Positions 8,772 to 18,234 of a stretch of 64,000 nt of DNA are shown here, piece after piece. The position numbers and the translations under genes are program-made. Numbering within the stretch: the first letter of the stretch is position 1; every line of letters starts with the position of its first letter. The DNA is from Thermoanaerobaculia bacterium (GTDB lineage: Bacteria > Acidobacteriota > Thermoanaerobaculia > Multivoradales > JAGPDF01): contig JAGOCP010000002.1 in the NCBI GenBank assembly GCA_017998715.1, forward strand, positions 5,429 to 69,428, given 5' to 3'. Below the pieces are notes generated by a model. It had not been told where the DNA came from, ran no database searches, and saw nothing but the letters and a program-made list of their open reading frames with translations.

Positions 8772-9381
8772 CAGGAGCCTCCCCGTGACCGGACTCTGGA
8801 ACGACTTCAACTCGGCGCCGGACAACGCCAACGTCATCCCGAAGGGCACGCTCGCCAAGGTGCGTCTGACCATCCGCCCGGGCGGCTTCGACGACCCGAC
8901 GCAGGGCTGGACCGGCGGCTACGCCACCCGCGCCACCAGCGGCGCGGTCTACCTCAACGGCGAGTTCACGGTGCTCGAAGGCCCCTACGCCCGGCGCAAG
9001 GTCTTCACGCTGATCGGGCTCTACAGCCCCAAGGGCCCGGACTGGGCGAACAAGGGCCGGAGCCTCGTCCGCGGCATGCTGAACTCGGCGCGCGGCATCT
9101 CGGCCAAGGATGTCTCGCCGCACGCGCAGGCGGCGCGGCGCATCTCCGGCTTCGCCGATCTCGACGGGCTCGAGTTCGTCGCGCGCATCGACATCGGCAG
9201 CGACACCGACGGCGACGACAAGAACGAGATCCGGAGCGCGGTGACCCCGGATCATCGCGACTATGCCCAGTTCATGGCCGGCGTCGCGGCGGCCCCTGCA
9301 ACGGCCGCCTACACCGCGCCGGCCGCGCCGCGGCCGCAGCCGGGCCCCGGCGCTCCGGTGCGGCCCGCCTGGGCACAGTAG
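8761..9381 (+). CDS. Hypothetical phage protein (possibly a DUF669-like partner of the Sak4-type ATPase)
   Basis: Its position immediately after the AAA_24 gene. Only weak recollected similarity to DUF669. Confidence 0.4.
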   Translation: MATDRSLPVTGLWNDFNSAPDNANVIPKGTLAKVRLTIRPGGFDDPTQGWTGGYATRATSGAVYLNGEFTVLEGPYARRKVFTLIGLYSPKGPDWANKGRSLVRGMLNSARGISAKDVSPHAQAARRISGFADLDGLEFVARIDIGSDTDGDDKNEIRSAVTPDHRDYAQFMAGVAAAPATAAYTAPAAPRPQPGPGAPVRPAWAQ

Positions 9382-9385
9382 GCCG

Positions 9386-11056
9386 ATGCGACTTCGCCCG
9401 CGTCAGACCACCTTCGTGGAGCGCAGCCTCGCTGCGCTTCGCGAGCGCGGCAACACGCTCGGCGTCGCCCCGACCGGAGCCGGAAAGACGATCATGCTCT
9501 CGGCGGTCACTGGCACGCTGGTAACGGGGAGCGATGCGAAGGCCTGCGTGCTGGCGCACCGCGACGAGCTGACCCAGCAGAACCGCGCGAAGTTTACCCG
9601 GGTCCACCCCGGGGTCGCGACCTCGGTGGTCAACGCTGCGGGCAAGTCCTGGGCAGGCCAGGTCACCTTCGCCATGGTCCCGACGCTCACCCGCGCCGCG
9701 GCCCTCGCGGCGATGCCGGGGCTCGACCTGCTGGTGATCGACGAGGCGCACCACGCCGTCGCCGGCAGCTACCGCCGCATCATCGACCGGGCGCGCGACG
9801 CCAATCCCGCCTGCCGCATCTTCGGCGTCACCGCCACGCCGAACCGCGGCGACCGTAAGGGCCTGCGCGAGATCTTCGACAACGTCGCCGACCAGGTCCG
9901 ACTCGGCGAGCTGATCGCCTCCGGCCACCTGGTGCCGCCGCGCACCTTCATCATCGATGTCGGGGTGCAGGAGAAACTGCGCACGGTGCGCCGGCTCGCT
10001 GCCGACTACGATATGGCCGAGGTGGCGCGGATCATGAACCGCGCCCCGGTCACCGACGAGGTGATCCGGCACTGGAAGGAGAAGGCCGCCGACCGTCCGA
10101 CGGTCGTGTTCTGCTCCACGGTCGCCCATGCCGAGAACGTCGGCGCGGCGTTCAACGCGGCCGGGGTGCCGGCGGCAGTCGTGCATGGCGATCTCGACAT
10201 CGACGCCCGCCGGCGGCTGCTCGCGGCCTACGCCGCGGGCGATGTCCGGGTGATCGTCAACGTCGCGGTTCTCACCGAGGGCTGGGATCATCCGCCGACC
10301 TCCTGCGTCGTGCTGCTCCGGCCGAGCTCGGCCAAGTCGACGATGATCCAGATGGTCGGGCGCGGGCTGCGCACCGTCGATCCGGCCGAGCACCCGGGTG
10401 TCGTGAAGACCGACTGCATCGTGCTCGACTTCGGCGCATCGAGCCTGACCCACGGCACGCTCGAGCAGGACGTCGATCTCGACGGCCGCGAGCCGGTGGA
10501 GGGTGTCGCGCCGACCCGCAACTGTCCGGAGTGCGAAGCGGAGATCCCGCTCGCCTGCACCGAGTGCCCGATCTGCGGCGCCGAACTCGTGCGTGAAGGC
10601 GCCGAGCCGATCGCCGGGTTCATCATGACCGAGATCGACCTTCTGAAGCGTTCGAGCTTCGAATGGGTCGACCTCTTCGCCGACGACGCGGCGCTGATGG
10701 CGAACGGCTTCACCGCCTGGGGCGGCATCTTCTGCCTCGGCGGGCGCTGGCATGCGGTGGGCGGGGCGAAGGGCGAGAGCCCGCGGCTCCTCGGCATCGG
10801 CGAGCGCCCGGTCTGCCTAGCGCAGGCGGACGACTGGCTGAACGCGCACGAGTCCGACGAGAGCGCCTACAAGACCCGCAGCTGGCTCAGCCAGTCCGTG
10901 ACCGAGAGGCAGCTGCAGTACCTCCCCCGGGAGCGCCGGCAGGACTTCGGCCTGACCCGCTACCACGCCTCGGCGCTGATCACCTTCCGCTTCAACCGGC
11001 GCGAGATCAGGCAGCTCGTCGGCCAGGCGACGCCGCTGCCGGGACGGGCGGCGTGA
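9386..11056 (+). CDS. Superfamily-2 DEAD/DEAH-box helicase with a C-terminal zinc ribbon
   Basis: Motif I GVAPTGAGKT, motif II VIDEAHH, motif III VTATP, and helicase C-domain VIVNVAVLTEGWDHP...MVGRGLR. CPECEAEIPLACTECPICG forms the zinc ribbon. Confidence 0.85.
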   Translation: MRLRPRQTTFVERSLAALRERGNTLGVAPTGAGKTIMLSAVTGTLVTGSDAKACVLAHRDELTQQNRAKFTRVHPGVATSVVNAAGKSWAGQVTFAMVPTLTRAAALAAMPGLDLLVIDEAHHAVAGSYRRIIDRARDANPACRIFGVTATPNRGDRKGLREIFDNVADQVRLGELIASGHLVPPRTFIIDVGVQEKLRTVRRLAADYDMAEVARIMNRAPVTDEVIRHWKEKAADRPTVVFCSTVAHAENVGAAFNAAGVPAAVVHGDLDIDARRRLLAAYAAGDVRVIVNVAVLTEGWDHPPTSCVVLLRPSSAKSTMIQMVGRGLRTVDPAEHPGVVKTDCIVLDFGASSLTHGTLEQDVDLDGREPVEGVAPTRNCPECEAEIPLACTECPICGAELVREGAEPIAGFIMTEIDLLKRSSFEWVDLFADDAALMANGFTAWGGIFCLGGRWHAVGGAKGESPRLLGIGERPVCLAQADDWLNAHESDESAYKTRSWLSQSVTERQLQYLPRERRQDFGLTRYHASALITFRFNRREIRQLVGQATPLPGRAA

Positions 11057-11059
11057 ACC

Positions 11060-11458
11060 ATGGCAGCACCAGCATCCGTCCGCGATCGGCGGTTGCTCTG
11101 GCATCCGCGGCCTTGCCTCTGCGCGGTCTGCGCCGGCCCCGCCACGGGGTTCGGCTTCTTCGATCCGCACGACCGAACCCGCCCGCGTCCGCGGCGCTGG
11201 TTCTGCTCGATGACCTGCCAGGCGCTCTACGCCCGCAAAGCACGCAAAGGACTGATCATGATCGACTTCACCGAAGAGGAAACCCAGGCGCTGCCCGCCG
11301 TGATGCGCGCGCTCGCGCCCGAGCTGGAGCGGATCGGCTGGGACCGGCCGCTCGGGCAGCTCACCGCGAACGACATGCACCGGCTGATCGTCACGACCGT
11401 CGAGGCGTTCCGCGCCGAGATGGCGGCGATCGCCGCCGACGCGGAGATCCCGTTCTGA
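11060..11458 (+). CDS. Hypothetical protein with a Cys-rich N-terminal segment (CLCAVC...CSMTC)
   Basis: ORF tightly packed between the helicase and nuclease genes. Could be two small genes. Confidence 0.4.
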   Translation: MAAPASVRDRRLLWHPRPCLCAVCAGPATGFGFFDPHDRTRPRPRRWFCSMTCQALYARKARKGLIMIDFTEEETQALPAVMRALAPELERIGWDRPLGQLTANDMHRLIVTTVEAFRAEMAAIAADAEIPF

Positions 11459-12216
11459 TGCTGGACTTCAATCCCCGGCCATCGATGGCGGACCGCGTCA
11501 ACACGCTGGTCGATGCCGCGCTCGAGGCCGAGCGGGCGGCCACACCGCCGCGCGACTATCTCGGCGGCTCGCGCCTCGGGCACGCCTGCGAGCGGGCGCT
11601 GCAGTTCGAGTTCACCGCGACGCCGAAGGACGAGGGCGCCGACTTCGCCGGCCAGACCCTGCGCATCTTCGCCACCGGCCACGCCCTCGAAGACCTGGCG
11701 ATCCTCTGGCTGCGCGCCGCCGGGCTCGATCTCTATACCCGTAAGGCCGACGGCGGGCAGTTCGGCTTCTCGGTCGCCGGCGGCCGCGTCCGCGGACACG
11801 TCGACGGCGTCATCGCCGCCGCACCCGCCGCGCTCGGTCTCCGGGTTCCCGCCCTCTGGGAATGCAAGACCATGAACGCGAAGAACTGGCGCGAGACCGT
11901 CTCCAAGGGCATGCGCGTAGCCAAACCGGTCTACGCCGCGCAGATCGCGCTCTATCAGGCCTACATGGAGCCGACGGTCCCGGGCATTTCCGTCGCCCCG
12001 GCGCTCTTCACCGCGATCAACAAGGACACCGCCGAGCTCCACCACGAGCTCGTGCCCTTCGACGCCGCCCTCGCGCAGCGCATGTCCGATCGCGCCGTGC
12101 GCATCCTGCGGGCGACCGACGCGGGCGAGCTGCTGCCCCGCATCGCCGCCACCCGCGACTTCCTCGACTGCCGCTTCTGCCCCTGGGCCGAGCGCTGCTG
12201 GAGCCTGCCTCGGTGA
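11458..12216 (+). CDS. PD-(D/E)XK nuclease of the Cas4/RecB-like family (phage exonuclease)
   Basis: The catalytic region HVDGVI...LWECKT gives a D...ExK pattern, and the Cys pattern C...CxxCx5C (GHAC ... CRFCPWAERC) is characteristic of Cas4-type Fe-S nucleases. Confidence 0.7.
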   Translation: MLDFNPRPSMADRVNTLVDAALEAERAATPPRDYLGGSRLGHACERALQFEFTATPKDEGADFAGQTLRIFATGHALEDLAILWLRAAGLDLYTRKADGGQFGFSVAGGRVRGHVDGVIAAAPAALGLRVPALWECKTMNAKNWRETVSKGMRVAKPVYAAQIALYQAYMEPTVPGISVAPALFTAINKDTAELHHELVPFDAALAQRMSDRAVRILRATDAGELLPRIAATRDFLDCRFCPWAERCWSLPR

Positions 12217-14528
12217 CCGACGACACCATCGTCCACTTCAACCCGTGGCGCGACTTCAACGATGCGCCCATCGACGATGATCCGTTCGGCATCGAGCCCG
12301 ACGCCGGCCAGATCGCCACCTTCCTCGACGTGGTGTTCGGGTATTGCGACGGGCTGATCCCGGTGCGCGGCTTCGTCGACAAGGGTCAGGGCAAGGACGG
12401 CAAGCCGCACAACGTCTGGATCGACGCCGACGCCAGCGCCCCGGAAAAGCTCGCCACCTTCGCCACCTGGGCCTGGCGCGAGGGCGCCGCGGTCTATGTG
12501 ATCCCCGGCACCGTCGCGGAGCCCGGCCAGGCGAAGTCGGCCGACGTGCTGCAGATGCAGGCGGTCGTCGTCGATCTCGACGCCGGCGACATCGCCGCCA
12601 AGCTCGACCACCTCGTCCGGCATCTCGGCCGCCCGACGCTCGTCATCGAGAGCGGCGGGCGCACGCCCGAGGGCGATCTCAAGCTGCATCTCTGGTGGAA
12701 GCTCACCGAGCCGGCCGAGGGCGCGGACCTGGCGCGGCTCTGCCGGCTGCGCGGCGAGATCGCGCTGAAGGTCGGCGGCGACACGCATTTCCGCTCGGCG
12801 CACCAGCCGATCCGCGTCGCGGGCAGCGTCTACCACAAGGGCGGCTTCCAGCGCATCGTCGAGATTCGCGAGCACAATTCCGTCGAGCTCGAGCTCGACG
12901 ACCTCGCCGAGCTCGTCGCCGAGATGCCGCCGCTCGCAGGCCTGGGCGCCGGGTCCGCCGCCGACGCTGGCGAGAAGCCGTCGCTCGACGCGGTGCTCAC
13001 CACCCCGGTCCACGCCGGCGGTGGCGACGACTGGACCCGCTTCGCCGGCGCCAGCGCCGCCATCGGCCACTACATCCGCCAGGTCCACGAGGGACGGATC
13101 ACCCCCGACGACGGCTGGGAAGCGATCCGCGGCTACAATGCCGCCATGCTGCGTCCGAGCTGGCCGGAGGAGCGGCTGAAGGCCGAGGCCGACCGGCTCT
13201 GGGGCAAGCACATCGAGAAGAACGGGCCGCCCCTTCTCCGCGCGCCAGCCAGCGCGACGTCCGCCGCTATGCCCGCCTTCACCCTCGGCGCGCTGCTCGA
13301 CGACGTGACGCCGATGCCCGAGGACATCATCGCGCCCCGCGTGCTGACCCCGGGCGGGCTCCTCGTGCTCGGCGGCGCGCCGAAGGTCGGCAAGAGCGAC
13401 TTCCTGATCAGCTGGCTCGTGCACATGGCCGCGGGCGTGCCCTTCCTCGGCTTCACCCCGCCGCGGCCGCTGCGGGTGTTCTATCTGCAGGCGGAGATCC
13501 AGTACCACTACCTCCGCGAACGGTTGCAGGCGATCCGGCTCGACGCACGCGTCATTGCCGCCGCACGCGACACCTTCGTCGCCACGCCGAAGCTGAAGCT
13601 GCTCCTCGACGGTCAGGGCTGCGCCCAGGCCGCCGCCGCAATCGCCGAGGCCTTCCCCGAGGCGCCCGTCGACATTCTCTGCATCGACCCGATCCGCAAC
13701 GTCTTCGACGGCGGCCCGGACGGCGCCGGCGAGAACGACAACGCGGCGATGATGTTCTTCCTCAAGGACCGGGTCGAGGTTCTGCGCGAGGCGGTGAACC
13801 CGGACTGCGGCGTGATCCTCGCCCACCACACCAAGAAGCTCGGCAAGCAGCAGGTGAAGGACGACCCGTTCCTCGCGCTCTCCGGCGCCAGCGCGCTCCG
13901 CGGCTTCTACACCTCCGGGCTGATCATGCACCGGCCCGACGAGGAGAGGAGCGAGCGGCGGCTGGAGATCGAGCTCCGCAACGGGCCGGCGCTCGCGTCG
14001 AAGCTGATCGACAAGGTAGATGGGCGCTGGGTCGAGCTCGACCGCGACCATGAGCGACTGGTGCGCCAGGACGTCGGCGCCCGGCTCGATGCCGAGCGCT
14101 CGCGCAAGCACGACGTCATCCTTCAGACGATCTTCTCGGAGGCACAGGAAGGCCGGCTCTACCTCGGCCTGCAGTTCGCCGAGAAGTTCGAGAACACCGG
14201 CGGGCTCGGCAGCAAGCACACCATACGGGAGCGGCTGGGTGTGCTGGCGACGAACGGCTTCGTGAAGTTCCGCCGCGATGCGCGCGACTTCGGATACCCG
14301 GTGACCCGCTCGCATTTCGGCTACCTCTGCGTCGAGGGCATGATCTTCGGAGCGCCTGTCGAGATCGTCGACCCCGACACCGGCGAGATCACCGAAGACG
14401 TCCGTCCGGTGCACCCCAGCCACTACAAATGCTCGCAGTCGGGCGCCTGCCTCGACGTCGAAAACCCGTCGGTCTGGGTCTATCCCGCCGGCTCCGAAGA
14501 CGACCTCACTCATATGAGTGAGGCCTGA
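12213..14528 (+). CDS. Replicative primase-helicase (N-terminal primase/polymerase-like domain + AAA_25/DnaB-like ATPase)
   Basis: Walker A LVLGGAPKVGKSDFLISWL and downstream RecA-fold motifs. GTG start overlaps the upstream stop (GTGA). Large N-terminal domain is typical of phage prim-pol/RepA-like initiators. Confidence 0.75.
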   Translation: MTDDTIVHFNPWRDFNDAPIDDDPFGIEPDAGQIATFLDVVFGYCDGLIPVRGFVDKGQGKDGKPHNVWIDADASAPEKLATFATWAWREGAAVYVIPGTVAEPGQAKSADVLQMQAVVVDLDAGDIAAKLDHLVRHLGRPTLVIESGGRTPEGDLKLHLWWKLTEPAEGADLARLCRLRGEIALKVGGDTHFRSAHQPIRVAGSVYHKGGFQRIVEIREHNSVELELDDLAELVAEMPPLAGLGAGSAADAGEKPSLDAVLTTPVHAGGGDDWTRFAGASAAIGHYIRQVHEGRITPDDGWEAIRGYNAAMLRPSWPEERLKAEADRLWGKHIEKNGPPLLRAPASATSAAMPAFTLGALLDDVTPMPEDIIAPRVLTPGGLLVLGGAPKVGKSDFLISWLVHMAAGVPFLGFTPPRPLRVFYLQAEIQYHYLRERLQAIRLDARVIAAARDTFVATPKLKLLLDGQGCAQAAAAIAEAFPEAPVDILCIDPIRNVFDGGPDGAGENDNAAMMFFLKDRVEVLREAVNPDCGVILAHHTKKLGKQQVKDDPFLALSGASALRGFYTSGLIMHRPDEERSERRLEIELRNGPALASKLIDKVDGRWVELDRDHERLVRQDVGARLDAERSRKHDVILQTIFSEAQEGRLYLGLQFAEKFENTGGLGSKHTIRERLGVLATNGFVKFRRDARDFGYPVTRSHFGYLCVEGMIFGAPVEIVDPDTGEITEDVRPVHPSHYKCSQSGACLDVENPSVWVYPAGSEDDLTHMSEA

Positions 14529-14618
14529 ACTCATATGAGTGCGGCATGCAGACTCCAGCGAAATCAATGGCTTGCGTATGAGCATGAGTGAGGTGCCGAC
14601 ATCATGCCCTCACTCATG
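14504..14618. repeat. Cluster of CCTCACTCAT / ATGAGTGAGG palindromic repeats at the 3' end of and just after the primase-helicase gene
   Basis: A 20-bp perfect palindrome at 14504-14523, a 12-bp palindrome ACTCATATGAGT at 14529-14540, and an 11-bp inverted repeat CATGAGTGAGG (14583-14593) / CCTCACTCATG (14608-14618). All are seen directly. Confidence 0.7.
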
Positions 14619-14861
14619 TCGGATGATGTTTTCAACAGAAAAAACAAAGGCTTGCAGCGAAAATATGATGATAGGTGCTCTATCCCCCATACTACGTATG
14701 GGGGTGCCACCCTGAAGGGTTGGCACCCGATCCCATACGTAACGGGGTTCTCTGCCGGGCTCCCCGAGCGTCCGGAAGAACGATCAGGCGACGACGGCCA
14801 GTACCGCCAAGCACCGGGCCGCCGTCGCCCTCCACCACCGACAGCCTCCAAGGAGACCATC
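14619..14861. promoter_or_regulatory. AT-rich structured non-coding segment (candidate origin DNA-unwinding element and/or promoter for the downstream resolvase operon)
   Basis: Local GC is about 50% against roughly 67% around it. There is an A-rich tract (cagaaaaaacaaagg...gaaaatatgatgatagg), a hairpin CCCCCATAC-tac-GTATGGGGG (14684-14704), an imperfect inverted repeat GTGCCACCC/GGGTTGGCAC (14705-14726) and a second TACGTA-centred motif. Confidence 0.35.
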
Positions 14862-15398
14862 ATGGCTGCAGCGACTCTGACTCTGCACGACGGCGACGCA
14901 AGGCCCGCCTCGCCCACCGCCCTGACGGCGGCGCCGACAATCCTCGCGCTGGATCTCGGCACCACCACCGGCTGGGCGCTCCGGGCGCACGACGGCCTGA
15001 TCACCAGCGGCACCGTGTCGTTCCGCCCGAGTCGCTACGACGGCGGCGGCATGCGCTACCTGCGCTTCACCAACTGGCTCACCGAGCTTGACCAGCTGAG
15101 CGGCCCGATCGCCGCGATCTGGTTCGAGGAGGTCCGCCGGCACGCCGGGACCGACGCCGCGCACGTCTATGGGGGACTGATGGCGACGCTGACCAGCTGG
15201 GCCGAGCTGCGCGGCGTGCCCTACCAGGGCGTCCCGGTCGGCACGATCAAGATCCACGCCACGGGCAAGGGCAATGCGCCGAAGGAGGCAATGATTGCCG
15301 CCGCCCGCTCCCGCGGCTTCAGCCCGAGCGATGACAACGAGGCGGACGCGATCGCCATCCTGCTCTGGGCCATCGAGACCCGCGGAGGTGTGCGGTGA
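14862..15398 (+). CDS. RuvC-like Holliday junction resolvase (phage type)
   Basis: ILALDLGTTTGWAL is the N-terminal RuvC-fold motif. Acidic catalytic residues appear later (EADAIAILLWA). Strong RBS AAGGAG 8 nt upstream of the ATG. Confidence 0.75.
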   Translation: MAAATLTLHDGDARPASPTALTAAPTILALDLGTTTGWALRAHDGLITSGTVSFRPSRYDGGGMRYLRFTNWLTELDQLSGPIAAIWFEEVRRHAGTDAAHVYGGLMATLTSWAELRGVPYQGVPVGTIKIHATGKGNAPKEAMIAAARSRGFSPSDDNEADAIAILLWAIETRGGVR

Positions 15399-15652
15399 AC
15401 GGCGAGGCAATGCTCCGGCAGGCAGCGCGCGTCGTCGGTCAGCGCCGCCGCGCCTACGGCGCCCCTGCCGGATCGATGGCGGCCGTGGCGGCGCGCTGGT
15501 CGCTCACCCTCGGGCACACGGTGACGCCGGCGCAGGTTGTGCTCTGCCTGATCGATCTGAAGCTCGCCCGGCTCGGCCACGACCCCGCGCATGCGGACTC
15601 GATCCTCGATGTCGCGGGCTACGCCGCGGTGCTCGAGGAGGTGCGGTCATGA
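15395..15652 (+). CDS. Small conserved phage protein (DUF6378-like)
   Basis: 85-aa ORF translationally coupled to the resolvase gene. VxGxRxxxYGxP...DLKLARLGHDPAHADSILDVAGYAA resembles a phage family seen next to RuvC-like genes (from memory). Confidence 0.45.
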   Translation: MNGEAMLRQAARVVGQRRRAYGAPAGSMAAVAARWSLTLGHTVTPAQVVLCLIDLKLARLGHDPAHADSILDVAGYAAVLEEVRS

Positions 15653-15849
15653 ACGCGATGAAGTGGCACCCGCGCGGCTACGGCGGACAGCGTCGCGCAC
15701 CCGACAAGGTCAAGCGGGACGGTTGGCTGGAACAGGGCGTGCTGGCTGTCGCGGTCGACGACGAGCGGCTGAGCTGGCCGGAGCGCGAGCTCGTCCGCCA
15801 GCTCGGCGACAAGCTCTACGGCAAACGTCCGGAGGCGGCTCATGACTGA
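15649..15849 (+). CDS. Hypothetical small phage protein
   Basis: 66-aa ORF translationally coupled in the operon. Confidence 0.35.
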   Translation: MNAMKWHPRGYGGQRRAPDKVKRDGWLEQGVLAVAVDDERLSWPERELVRQLGDKLYGKRPEAAHD

Positions 15850-16267
15850 CTGGACCCGCGACATGGTCGAGGACCGGGTGGAGGAGGCCGCCGACGTCCT
15901 GCGCCAGCTGCCGCACGTCCGGCTCAGCGGCTACTTCAGCACCTGGCCGGAGATCCTGCGCAGCTTCGGCGACCGGGTCGGGGCGAACCCGGTCCCGATG
16001 CGCCGGCCGCCGCCGAACCCCGCTGCGATCAGCCGGATGGAGGAGGCGATCACCTGGAACCGCTTCCTCGAGCGCGACGAGTGCCAGCTCATGTGGGCAC
16101 GTGTCGAGGGCACGCCGTGGAAGCATCTGTGCCACCGCTTCGGCATCAGTCGGCCGACGGCGCACCGGCGATACGACTACGCGCTCAGCGTCATCGCCTG
16201 GCGGCTCAACGGCCGCGAGGTGCACCACCGGCGCGGACGGCGGTTCGTCGTGGCTCGGGCGGGGTAA
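15842..16267 (+). CDS. Hypothetical protein with a C-terminal HTH-like segment (possible late-gene regulator)
   Basis: 141-aa ORF. C-terminal WKHLCHRFGISRPTAHRRYDYALSVIAWRL resembles a sigma-region-4/HTH fold. Confidence 0.4.
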   Translation: MTDWTRDMVEDRVEEAADVLRQLPHVRLSGYFSTWPEILRSFGDRVGANPVPMRRPPPNPAAISRMEEAITWNRFLERDECQLMWARVEGTPWKHLCHRFGISRPTAHRRYDYALSVIAWRLNGREVHHRRGRRFVVARAG

Positions 16268-16467
16268 GAAGGGGATTGGCCGGAGGGCACACGAAGATCG
16301 TGGATCTCCGGCCCCATTGCGGCAGTGGTCGGCTCGCGCAGCGGCAGTGATCAGCGGCCAAAGGCGGATTGGCCGCGAGCGCCGAAGAAAGCAGATTTGC
16401 TATTCCATGCGGCGCGTGAGAGCCTGACAGGCGCAGCCCGGCGCTGCCAACAAGGGGGGATTTCGTC

Positions 16468-16728
16468 ATGCCGAAACTGATCGCCACCCATGAAGTCGAT
16501 GATGTCGCGCACTGGCTCGCGTCCCCGAAGAGGGAGGAGGTCTTCGCTGGCGTGGCGACGAACATCACCACGTTTGTCCACCCAAGCGCCCCCAATCGCG
16601 TTGCGCTGTCCATGGAAGTTGCCGACATGGCGGCCTTCGACACGCTGATGAAGAGCGACGCGGCCGCGGCTGCCATGAAGTATGACGGCGTTCGACCGGA
16701 AACCCTCGACATCTTCCTGGAGGGGTGA
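16468..16728 (+). CDS. Hypothetical small protein
   Basis: 86-aa ORF with balanced composition. Confidence 0.35.
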   Translation: MPKLIATHEVDDVAHWLASPKREEVFAGVATNITTFVHPSAPNRVALSMEVADMAAFDTLMKSDAAAAAMKYDGVRPETLDIFLEG

Positions 16729-16752
16729 TCGAGACGGCGGTCGTTCCACGGA

Positions 16753-17124
16753 TCACTTCGGAGCGAGGTCTTCCGGCTTCTTCGTCATGAAGCTCGCCGG
16801 CGCCTTCCAGCGCCCCGCTATGTGCGCTTCGCCCCACCGGCAGAGCGCGTGCAACGTCGGAAGCAACGCCGCGCCCTTGGGCGTGAGGTGGTACTCGTAG
16901 CGTTTCGGACGCTGCCGATAGAGGCGGCTCTCGATCAGGCCCGCCCGCTCCATGGCCGTCAGGCGCGCGCTCAGGACGTTGCTGGCGATCCTCTCCGGGC
17001 CGTCGAGGAAGTCCGTGTAGCGCGTCTTGCCGTTCACGAGGTCCCGCAGGATCACGAGGGTCCAGCGATCGCCGATCAGGTCGAGCGCAGAGGCTATGGG
17101 GCAGCCTGATCGGAAGTCCTCCAT
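16753..17124 (-). CDS. HxlR-family winged-helix transcriptional regulator
   Basis: CPIASALDLIGDRWTLVILRDL...RYTDF is the HxlR signature. Confidence 0.8.
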   Translation of the reverse strand: MEDFRSGCPIASALDLIGDRWTLVILRDLVNGKTRYTDFLDGPERIASNVLSARLTAMERAGLIESRLYRQRPKRYEYHLTPKGAALLPTLHALCRWGEAHIAGRWKAPASFMTKKPEDLAPK

Positions 17125-17226
17125 GTCCGCGCTTCGACCCATCGGCGTGATTGACCTCATCTCTTGTCACTTGCAATATGCAACGTAATAGCATCTGTGA
17201 GAGCGTCAACATCACAGGAGGGGTCG

Positions 17227-17646
17227 ATGGCGCAAGCGTTCACGGGCGGATGCCTGTGCGGGGCGGTTCGATACAGCTGCGCCGGTGAGCCGATGATGGC
17301 GGGACACTGCCACTGCGAGGATTGCCGGCGCTCCAGCGGCACGGGGCACTGCTCTCATCTCGTCGTGCCTGAGGCGGCGCTTCGGATGACAGGCGAGACG
17401 CGCGCCTACGAGCGCCCCGCCAACAGCGGGCATATCATCACGCGCTGCTTCTGCCCCACCTGCGGCGCACCGATCCTATCCCTCAACTCGGCTATGCCGG
17501 GGACCGTCGCCCTGCGGGCATCGAGCCTCGACGACCTCGAAGTGTTCAAGCCGCAGATGCATGTCTATGTGGGGCGAGCGGCCAGTTGGGACCGTCCGGG
17601 CGACGGTCTGCCCGTGTTCGAGACAATGCCGCCCGGAATGGGTTAG
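17227..17646 (+). CDS. GFA-family protein (CENP-V/glutathione-dependent formaldehyde-activating enzyme fold)
   Basis: Cys ligand pattern GGCLCGAVRY...GHCHCEDC...CFCPTCG. Divergent from the HxlR gene, a common pairing. Confidence 0.8.
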   Translation: MAQAFTGGCLCGAVRYSCAGEPMMAGHCHCEDCRRSSGTGHCSHLVVPEAALRMTGETRAYERPANSGHIITRCFCPTCGAPILSLNSAMPGTVALRASSLDDLEVFKPQMHVYVGRAASWDRPGDGLPVFETMPPGMG

Positions 17647-18100
17647 TCGTGAGATCCCGGGCGCGGAGATTTCGCTTCATGCTCGTTCGACGTAACGCGC
17701 TCCCCCTGTGCGGAGCAAGTCGAGGTGATCGGGGTCGCGTAGCCGAACATGGCCCACTGATTGGGGCCGTTCTGCGAGGGAAACTTCGATCGGCTGTCAA
17801 GACAAATCGACTTCGTGAGACATCAAGAGTTGAGACACCGAGAGGGATTCACTTCCGCGGCGGCAATCGTTAGAAACACATCATGCTCGGAAAGTGCGGG
17901 CGCGGCGAAGGACGAGGGGGACAGGTCGGAGATCGGTTTGCAGATGCCCTTGCCGACCAACCGGATGAAGCAGAACGCGAGCATCGGCCTCTAAGCCACT
18001 GATTGTATGGGTCCCTCCTAGCGGGAACCGTATGCGGGAGCGCCAAGCGCGCAACTTCGCTAGCGACAGCCGCGAATTTTTGGGAAGCCACCCGGCACCC

Positions 18101-18234
18101 GGAATCCACCTGCTCGCCTGATATCGACGACAAAACAAAGACTTCTCCCCTTCCGGGGGTGGCTTCCGCTGGACCCCTGAAGGAGTCCACGGGACCCAGT
18201 GGAATCCAGTGACGGAATCCACTCTCGGAATCCA
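18101..18234. repeat. GGAATCCAC direct repeats: one copy at 18101 and three tandem 13-bp units at 18201, 18214 and 18227, ending 30 bp upstream of the ParB-methyltransferase gene
   Basis: ggaatccagtgac / ggaatccactctc / ggaatccaccggc are seen directly, plus ggaatccacc at 18101 and a one-mismatch copy ggagtccac at 18182. Confidence 0.65.

Noticed and set aside
11961-14585. 874-aa minus-strand ORF
   Set aside because: Antisense shadow of the primase-helicase gene. Low-complexity Arg/Ala/Gly composition and no motifs.
14582-14635. Inverted repeat CATGAGTGAGG/CCTCACTCATG read as a rho-independent terminator for the primase gene
   Set aside because: The 14-nt loop is long and there is no immediate U-tract after the stem. 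Recurrence of the same motif three more times upstream argues for a protein-binding iteron instead. Terminator function cannot be excluded.
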